Shown here piece after piece: positions 41,323 through 50,471 of a DNA stretch of 64,000 bases. Every line of letters starts with the position of its first letter. Position 1 is the stretch's first letter. The position numbers and the translations under genes are program-made. The notes beneath the pieces were generated by a model. That model did not search any database. It was given only the letters and a program-made list of their open reading frames with translations, and was not told the DNA's origin. The stretch comes from Eledone cirrhosa (taxonomy: Eukaryota): contig OZ024743.1 in NCBI GenBank assembly GCA_964016885.1, positions 295,554,001 through 295,618,000 of the forward strand, in the 5' to 3' direction.

Positions 41323-41950
41323 GGCGGTGGATTGGCAGTATCGGTAGAGTGTCGGACGCCATGCTTTACAGCATAGTTACGTCCCTTTACATTCTGAGTT
41401 CAAATCCCGCCGAGGTTGACTTTGCCTTTCATCCTTACGGGGTCGATAAAATAAAGTACCAGTAATTGCACTGTGTAATTGCTGGCCTTGTGCCTAAAGT
41501 AGAAACAATTATTATTATATTCAAGGGCGGTGGATTGGCAGTATCGGTAGAGGGTCGGACGCCATGCTTTCCAGCATAGTTACGTCCCTTTACGATCTGA
41601 GTTCAAATCCCGCCGAGGTTGACTTTGCCATTCAACCTTACGGGGTCGATAAAATAAAGTACCAGTAATTGCACTGTGTAATTGCTGGCCTTGTGCCTAA
41701 AGTAGAAACAATTATTATTATATTAATAAAGGCGGTGGTTTGGTAGTATCGGTTGAGTCGGACACCATGTTTTGCAACATAGAGTTACAGTCCTTTACGG
41801 GCTGAGTTCAAATCCCTCCGAGGTTAACTTTTCCTTTCATCCTTATGTCTCGATAAAATAAAGCACCAGTAACGTACTGGGGTCGATTTAATCGCCTTTC
41901 CCCTCCTCCCAAATTACTGGCCTTGTGCCTATACTAGAAATCATTATTAT
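41323..41950 (+). mobile_element. Three stacked ATT-tailed tRNA-like SINEs (about 41323-41507, 41526-41710, 41731-41942)
   Basis: Each has a ggcggtgg start, a gagttcaaatcc B-box, the central domain, and a tail ggccttgtgcct..agaaa followed by (ATT)n. Confidence 0.92.
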
Positions 41951-42112
41951 ATTCATATCTTTCTCTCTCCCTCTATATATATATATATATTTATTTATTT
42001 ATTTATTATATTATATATATATAATATATATATTATTTATATATATTATATATATATTATATATATATTATATATATTATATATATATATATATATATAG
42101 GTATGTATTTAT

Positions 42113-42353
42113 ACTTGGGGAGTGTCATATTCGTATAATAATATTGCCAGAATTAATAATAGAACACACTCACTGTTTGTAAATAAATAAACGGATTAAA
42201 TAAAGATGGCTTAGACATACAATACAATAGGAGGAAACATAATAGCACCACTGACGATGTTGCAGATGTGCAACGAAAGAACTCCCAAGTATAACAATAT
42301 TTGTTTCGACACACGATTTCGTATCAAAAACGTCGCAAAACTAATTCATCGCC
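42113..42353. mobile_element. Non-autonomous Penelope pLTR-derived mini-insertion with 13-bp TSD
   Basis: Made of pieces homologous to 1488-1860 in both orientations. Flanked by ggtatgtatttat at 42100-42112 and 42354-42366. Confidence 0.75.
42247..42283 (+). ncRNA. Hammerhead motif truncated at its cleavage triplet
   Basis: CTGACGA-t-GTTGCA-gatg-TGCAAC-GAAA-gaact. The 3' strand of stem I is missing. Confidence 0.6.
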
Positions 42354-43242
42354 GGTATGTATTTATGTATTCATGTATGTATGTTTGTATGTATACACAG
42401 GAATCAGTGTACCTAAGAAGTTAGCTTCATAAACATGTGATATCGTTTTCTAGTCTGTCGTCAATATGTTTCACTACTTCCTTCGATGCCTACGTTCTGA
42501 TAAGGAACAGTCTGATTATTGACGCCAGTAAAATAATAATTAGATAGATATATGGTATAAATGAGTGTTTTTTTTCTTTATTAGGTTACTAGTTAATTTA
42601 GTTACCTCCGTTTCGACCCTAAGAAAATTTGATAGAAATTTACTACTTGCTCAATGAACCGAAATATATATATATTATCGTTCCATTTCTTCACGCTCTG
42701 TGGAAGGATTAGTGTATAAAATGAAAAGGATTTAGTTGGCTATAAATGAGCACCAGCAATAACTGGAGGTTTAACCCTGCGATTGTCTGGCATGTTCTTC
42801 AGAGAGGAGTCGTGTACTCTCAGTGGCTCCACTCCAAATAAACAGCAGCGCGATAAGCCTTCGGGCTCATGACAGACTTTAAACATTTTTGTTTGACACA
42901 CACACATACGTATATAAATGTATATATATATATATGTGTGTGTTTGAGTGTGTATGTGTGTATACACTTTATTATGGCTAAATATTGAGGTTTGTTACTC
43001 TGGAGTTTTGCTTATTTATTCCTGATGACTCTGTGATAAACAGGTGAGGTTCCAGAGTAGCAAAACTCATTATTTAGCCTTAATATACCGTTTATTTAAA
43101 CTCTACTTCGGTATTGAATATTCTTTTATGTCATACTCAGCCACACACACACACACGCGCGCGCATATATATATATAAAAGAAAATTTTCGCTCAACATG
43201 ACTGAGTACAGTAAATGTAATCTGAGTTTTTCGAATATTTAT

Positions 43243-43380
43243 AATTGTTTCTACTTTTGGCACAAGGTCAGCAATTAACCAGTGCATTACTGGTTCTTTA
43301 TTTCATCAACCCCATAGGGATGAAAGGCAAAGTTAACCTCGGCGGTATTTGAACTCAGACAGTAAAGGGCCGTAACTCTA
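43243..43380 (-). mobile_element. ATT-tailed SINE, 5'-truncated
   Basis: aattgtttctacttttggcacaagg...gatgaaaggcaaagttaacctcggcgg..tttgaactcag. Confidence 0.85.
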
Positions 43381-44223
43381 ACATTCGATTTGTTTGCAAT
43401 TATGCAAACAAGCCTCAATTTTATGGCCGTTATTAATATTCGTAAAACTCAGATTACATGTGTTGTATTCAGTCATGTAGAGGGAAATTTCCTTTTTATT
43501 AGAATTTGGCAAAGCCGTCCATTTATCGCTCGTAAACTGACTGGCCAGTCTGCTGATATGCAAATCTGGCTGATCAGTAGATCTGCTAATATGCAAATCA
43601 GGTCGATCAGTCACTGTAATTTTGAAAATAGCATATATTTTCACTAGCTCTGACAGTTTGGTAGGTGAACAGTGAGCTGTACTGCCAACACAAGAGCAAG
43701 AATGAAGGGTTCATTCTACTGACATGTATAATTTCAAACGAATGGAATGTTATTAATATTCGAAAAACTCAGATTACATTTATTCGCCCCCTCTGTCATG
43801 TCAGTTAACACTTTCTCTCTACTGACCTCTTCCTCACACTTCCACTCACTCACTCACTGTTTCTCCCCTTCTCACTTCACCCCGTTCGCGACGAAAACAA
43901 TTTCCTTATTTCTTACATTTGGATTCATCTCGAAAGGTCTTTTTTCTACGCGCTCATATATTCACCCAGCTTATGCTGACAGAATAACTATGTAGCTTGT
44001 GCCCTTCCTATCTACGGTTAGCTTTCCTCTTTGTTGTTACTTGTCTCACTCGCTTTACGCGTTTTAATTGTCCTAATAACTTAATTTAGTTATTATTGCA
44101 CCAACGTGAGGTATATGATTTTTAATGCAATGAAATATCTATGATCGTTGGCAAATCACTGATGAGGGACTCATTTTATAACATGTTATCCATGTGCAAC
44201 CTGCAGTATTCTTCTCCCCATTC

Positions 44224-44323
<100 letters not shown>

Positions 44324-44599
44324 ATATATGTATGGATATGATCTTTGCGAAGTAATTTTTGTATGTGTGCGTGATCTCTTGTAATTGACCTTCGTGAGAA
44401 TGAGTAATTGAAGCCATTGCAGAAATTGTTATATTCTTTAAGAAAGTCAAGTATGAGCCTTCTTACTCTGGAAATTCTCTTATCAACTCATAAGACCGGC
44501 AGCGAGTATACTGGAGAAACTACAGAGTAGCAGGATTCAAGCTTAACTTAATGAATTTATATGGAAACATACACACATAATCACACTTACACACACACA

Positions 44600-45150
44600 T
44601 ACACATAATCACACATACAAACACACATACACATACACACACACAACACACAAATATATATATACACAAGTACAATAACAATAAACACATTTAAACACGC
44701 TAGTGAACAAAGATAGAATACGAAAACAAAAGCACATACACTCAAACGCGAACACACACACACACCAAACATTATACACACGCGCAACGTATGCGCAGAG
44801 ACGGACACAAGAAGAAATAAATTAATTAATTAATTAAATAAATAGAAATGGTGTAGACATTACAATACAATACAATAGGAGGGAATATAACAGTATCAAT
44901 GAGGATTTGCAATCACTGAGGATTTGCAGATGTGCAACGAAAGAACTTTGATAGACTATATATATATATATTTATATCTGTATTTTTAACCGTTGGTCAA
45001 TCAATGATAAACATTGATTGGTAAATAAATTAACTATGGAGATATAAAAGAATAAACAGCGAAAACCAACCAAACAGTGAGTGTGTTCTGTTATTATTTC
45101 TGGCAATATTATTACAATAATATGACCCTACCCAAGTATAACAATATATA
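44600..45150 (+). mobile_element. Solo Penelope pLTR
   Basis: Reverse-complement homolog of about 1545-2000 (aaaccaaccaaacagtgagtgtgttct, cccaagtataacaata). Contains a hammerhead motif. Confidence 0.75.
44912..44952 (+). ncRNA. Minimal type I hammerhead ribozyme motif
   Basis: atca-CTGAGGA-t-TTGCA-gatg-TGCAA-c-GAAA-gaa-CTT-tgat. Confidence 0.65.
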
Positions 45151-45228
45151 TATATATATATAAATGAAGTAATTCCGTCGGAAAGGTCCAGGAAAAAAGA
45201 GTGCTCAATGTAGGTTACAGAGCTTATT

Positions 45229-46559
45229 AGTTATGTAATAAACAACATAAGATAATTATTTCATTTACCAGTGGTTTCTTGAAAGCAAACAAAATTTGCT
45301 TTCAGTCATCTGAATGAAAAAAATCCTGGACAAACAAGTCGTTAAAAGAATGAGATAGAAGGCAATCGGTTACGATGGACTATTCAGTGCTGATACAAAT
45401 GATTGTTTTGACATAAAATCCCGTAAATACCCACCTAGAATTAAAGACATGGCCAACTTCGAATTATACCTTGTTAATTTAATTAGTGATATCAAATTTC
45501 GTAAGTACAGCAAAAACTTTCATACTAAACTTTCTAACGATATTTCTAATTTTAAAAATTCTACAAACACCATTGTTCTTTCCGATAAAACAAAAATCTA
45601 TTTGAAGTTAATAGTATTTTGTATAACCAACTTTTAACTAATAGTATCACCAACAAATATCAATTAGCTAACAATAACACCTACAATGCTATTAATAAAG
45701 AAGCTAAAGAACTAGCTTGTTCTTTAAAAATAGACAACCGGATTCAAAGCCTAGCAAAACGTAAATATATATTACCCTTAAAGACCATAAGTTAGACTTT
45801 ACTAATCGACCTAGCTGTAGACTGATTAACCCGGCTAAATCCGAAGTTGGCCTTGCATGTAAAAATATCTTAAGAAAAATAATTCTCCAAATTAGAACTA
45901 AGACTAACTTATCACACTGGTTAAATACATCCTCTGTTATTTCTTGGTTTAATAATATACAAGGTAAAAATAAGTGTAGATTTACCCAATTTGATATTGT
46001 TGATTTTTACCCCTCTATTACTGTTTCGTTATTAACTAAAGCCTTAGATTTTGCAAGACCCTTCATTAACATTTCTAAATTAGAAGACATTATCTTTCAT
46101 GCTAGGAAAATTCTACTCTTTACTAATGAAAGTATTTGGGTTAAAAAGTCAAGCCTTGAAAACTCTTTTGATGTTGCAATGGGTTCATATGACAGTGCGG
46201 ATGTGTGTGACTTAGTAGGATTATTCCTTCTACACACCCTTAAAGAGAAATTTCCTTCCCATAATATCGGTTTATAGCGGGACGGCGGATTGGCAGTTTC
46301 TCATACCACCAACGGCCATAACCTTGATAAATTCCGTAAAGATTTAATCAATACTTTTGCGAACCTAAACCTTAAAATTACTATAGATACGAACCTTACC
46401 AATGATAACTTTCTTGACATTGATCTACTTATCATAAACCTAACGAAAATTTTTAAAAGTCCATGATTTTTTCATTCTGATGACTGAAAGCAAATTTTGT
46501 TTGCTTTCAAGAAACCACTGGTAAATGAAATAATTATCTTATGTTGTTTATTACATAAC

Positions 46560-46560
<1 letters not shown>
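45229..46560 (+). mobile_element. Naiad-type Penelope RT fragment between ~100-bp inverted terminal repeats
   Basis: RLINPAKSEVG, FDIVDFYPSIT, DVAMGSYDSADVCDLVG and GL*RDG are encoded. Arms 45229-45331 and 46459-46560 are near-perfect reverse complements. Confidence 0.88.
46470..46530 (+). ncRNA. Type I hammerhead ribozyme
   Basis: tttcatt-CTGATGA-c-tgaaagcaaa-ttttg-tttgctttca-a-GAAA-cc-act-g-GTA-aatgaaa: 7-bp stem I, 10-bp stem II, 3-bp stem III, GUA cleavage triplet. Confidence 0.85.
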
Positions 46561-46634
<74 letters not shown>

Positions 46635-46717
46635 GAGATAGAGAGAGAGACAAATAAAAAGAGAGATAGTTAGATAGAGAGTAGAGAGAGACACACAGAG
46701 AGAGAGGGAGAGAGAGA

Positions 46718-46780
<63 letters not shown>
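46561..46780. repeat. (TA)n/(GA)n microsatellite
   Basis: Direct observation. Confidence 0.95.
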
Positions 46781-46782
<2 letters not shown>

Positions 46783-47054
46783 TTACAGCCTTACTTTCTC
46801 TAAGAGTTGCGTACCATCCTGTTTATTTTGCATCTTTTTTCAATCTAGGTAACTTCCAGTTGCCCTATTACTAGTATGTACTTATTGTTAAAATATTAAT
46901 ATCACTTCAGCTGAAAATGATTTCTGAAGTTCAAGATTTTGGTCATGTTTCTTTGTTACTCTGGATTTTCCCCTTTGTCCTCACTGACGACCCAGGAGAA
47001 GTTTGGCCTATTAAAGAATATTTATGAATACAAAGATTTATATATATATATATA

Positions 47055-47057
<3 letters not shown>

Positions 47058-47085
<28 letters not shown>

Positions 47086-48180
47086 TTTATTATTGCATTT
47101 ATCTTGCTTTATGTTCATACGAGTTATCACCAAGTCACAATTAGTGACCTCAAAAGACAACAAGGTCCGCCATGCTCAAGAAAGAACATACATACACACA
47201 CATGCATCTTTAGGTGTTTAGACTTGTGATGTACTTATATTGACAGAATATTCCTTAGTATATGGGCAGTTGCCATTAGTACTATCTTTTGTATTTCTCC
47301 TATGCGCGGGTTTCCTGGGATTTGCGATAAGTAATCATTATATTATTATTATTATTACAGTTGCATTTATCTTGCTTTATGTTCATACGAGTTATCACCA
47401 AGTCACAACCAGTGACCGCAAGAGACAACAAGATACGCCATGTTCAAGAAAGAACATACATACTCACACATGCATCTTTAGTGTTTAGACTTGTGATGTA
47501 CTTATATTGACAGAATCTTCCTTAGTATATGGGCAGTTCCCATTAGTACTATCTTTTGTATTTCTCCTATGCGCGGGTTTCCTGGGATTTGCGATAAGTA
47601 ATCATTATATTATTATTATTATTACAGTTGCATTTATCTTGCTTTATGTTCATACGAGTTATCACCAAGTCACAACCAGTGACCTCAAGAGACAACAAGA
47701 TACGCCATGTTCAAGAAAGAACATACATACTCACACATGCATCTTTAGTGTTTAGACTTGTGATGTACTTATATTGACAGAATCTTCCTTAGTATATGGG
47801 CAGTTCCCATTAGTACTATCTTTTGTATTTCTCCTATACGCGGGTTTCCTGGTATTTGCGATAGGTAATCATTAGACCCCTTAGGTATCATTCCCAGAGC
47901 GCCTACAACCACTGGTATTGTTTTAGTTCTCAATTTCCACATTTTTCCAATTTCTATCTCCAGGTCCTTATACTTGCTCAATTTTTCAAATGTTTTTCTA
48001 GATACATTCTTGTCTATTGGAACCAACATATCAATTAGCAGGCATACCCTCTTTTTAAAGTCCTACAATATTATATCAGGTCTATTTGCATCTATTTTTC
48101 GGTCTGTTTGGATGCTAAAGTTCCACAAGATTGAGATGTGATCTTTTTCAAGTATGGGAGGTGGTTGCTGCTCCCACCAA
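47058..48180 (-). mobile_element. Stack of three 5'-truncated Dong-B 3' ends separated by short (TTA)n, with a 267-bp period
   Basis: ORF 47769-48029 matches the RLE C-terminus of 54306-54824. Antisense ORFs at 47240 and 47507 repeat at a 267-bp offset. Confidence 0.9.
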
Positions 48181-48230
48181 TTATTATTATTTTTATTATT
48201 ATTATTATTATCATTATTATTATTATTATT
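48181..48230 (+). repeat. (TTA)n upstream of Tx1-C2
   Basis: Direct observation. Confidence 0.95.
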
Positions 48231-48439
48231 GGCGACCTACGTAGGAAATCGTATTATCGTGAGCTCCGCAAAGGTTTGTTATTTCCGTTTGTTTAAAAAT
48301 TGCCATTTATGGAAAATTTTATTGTAAACTGTTTATAAGCACACATACATTGTTTTCCGAAAAGGACACCCAAAAAGATTGGGGCCTTGTGCCCAAAATT
48401 TTAACTTTTATTATTATCCAAAAATTTCTTTGAAAGAAA

Positions 48440-50432
48440 ATGGCTAATTCCCCTCTGCACGAAGCAGCTGAAAGCCTTCCTCACAAAATAACACCTCACA
48501 CCGACACCACCATTGTAAATGTTACTACGTTTGCCAACACAAAAAAAAATATAAGCAGTAGCAATATTTTAAATTTGTCTCAGGCAGACATTCATTTCCC
48601 GCCATTACCAATGACTGCAGGTGTTAAACCCTCCACCACCACCACCACCGCGACAACCACCACCACCACCACCACCACCGCGACAACAGAAACAAAAGAA
48701 GAAAAAAATAAATTAACTCGTGACGTCGAAATGAAATCAAGCAAAATCGACTCTTCCCCACCAAAGACGACTGACGTCACCACCACAACTGAAAATAAAA
48801 TTAATATCAACGATAGCAACAACAACAACAATGACATTATAAAACCGACCCTCAGTTTCGCCATCGTAGCAAAACAATTCGAAGCGTTCACGGTAACTCA
48901 AGAAGATTTAGAAAATGCCAAACAAATGGTAAAGAAAGATGGGTACAGGGTCAGCCCCCCCCCCCCCCCCACACACACACCTAATAAAATGGAGCATCGG
49001 CGCCTGTGCACCGTGTCGTATAGAACAATAAATGTAAAATCGCGCCGAGTGGAACGGGCATCCGAGTCCCAAATCCAAAAAGCTTTGGGACATGTGTGGG
49101 CAAGAAAAACCCACATCAGACGTGGGCAAAAGTATGGAACCGTGGATGTGTTCTTTGAAACACCAGAGGAGGCTAGAGAACACTCCATGGCCCCATTAAA
49201 AAGTGACGACCTCACACTCGTCCCAAGCTATTGTGGCCAGAGACTCGTAAAGATCAGGGTGACCCACGTTCCACCGGCCATCGAAATTCCCTGGCTAATA
49301 GCGGCTGTCCTCACCGGCATCGAAGCCAACACGAAAATAATAGCAGTAGCAAAAGAAAAGCAGGAAAACTGGTCCGGATCTGGGATGGATCTCCTGATCC
49401 AAGCGGACCAAAAAAGCATTGAGGAGATCCCAGAGGTAATAGACCTCACTGACGGCAGCCACCTCACGGTAATTGTCGAGGGCAGAAGACCTAGGTGTGT
49501 CGTTTGTGGTGAAGGAACCCACCTAAGGGCTTTCTGCCCTCAGGCTAAAAGGTTGAGGCCACCTCTCCTACCCACCCCAGTGACAAAACCATCAACACCA
49601 CCAGTAGCAGAGATGGCAGCAACAACTGTAGCAGCAACAACAGAAGCAACTATAACAGCAACAACCCCAGCAACAGTAGCAAAACCAACACCACTACCAC
49701 CACCAGCAAAACCAACACCACCACCACCCAACGCTTCAGAACTAGCACCAGCGCCTACACCATCCACCACACCACAACCAAAACTAACGGCTGTGGAGGA
49801 TTTTCCACTTCCCGGCCTATCACAACTGGAGACAGATTGTGACGACGAGGAGTGGGAAACGATATCCGGAAAAAAAAAAGAAACCAAAAAAGAAAAAATT
49901 CTCTTCCTTCCCCCTCCAAAAACAAAATACAGAGGGAAACAAATAAACTAAGAAACAAAAAAGTTAGGACAGATATGCCACCATCCACACCAGCATCACC
50001 AACCCCATCAACCCAAACACCAACACCATCACCATCATTATCCCCAGCACCACCATCACCTACACCACAAAAGTCACCAAAATTCGAAACAGAAACAAAT
50101 CCACAACAAACGCAAACAAAACAAAACAACCAAAACGATACACACTACACAGCATTAAATTTGAACAACAAGCAATTATTACGCTACATCCAACACAACA
50201 CCAGCATCACAGAAAAAGACTACACAACAACCCCAAAATTCACACCACCTCCACACATACAAATCACTCGCATCACACAGAAAACGTACATGACACTAAA
50301 ACAAAAATTCCCCAAAGACATCGGAGACTTCTGACAAGCACTCTCCAGGAGGAATTTATAAGGACATCCTTCCTGAGTATGCCACAAGCAGTGAAAAGGA
50401 TGGAAAAGCCGTCCTTCCCCTACGAGAAGTAA
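48440..50432 (+). pseudogene. Tx1-C2 ORF1 (CCHC knuckle; frameshift in A-run near 49875, stop at 50332)
   Basis: 503-aa ORF with poly-Thr/Asn, LSFAIVAK, CVVCGEGTHLRAFC and a Pro-rich tract. Continues in ORF 49852-50334. Confidence 0.9.
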
Positions 50433-50471
50433 GGTAAGTGGTCTTTCCCATCTTTTCCACTCCTTTTCAAC

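Noticed and set aside
41323-41410. tRNA gene
   Set aside because: It has a B-box but no cloverleaf; it is the head of a multi-copy SINE.
49868-49880. Programmed frameshift at the ORF1 A-run
   Set aside because: Copy C1 has an interrupted run that reads through in one frame, so this is a slippage mutation or a sequencing error.
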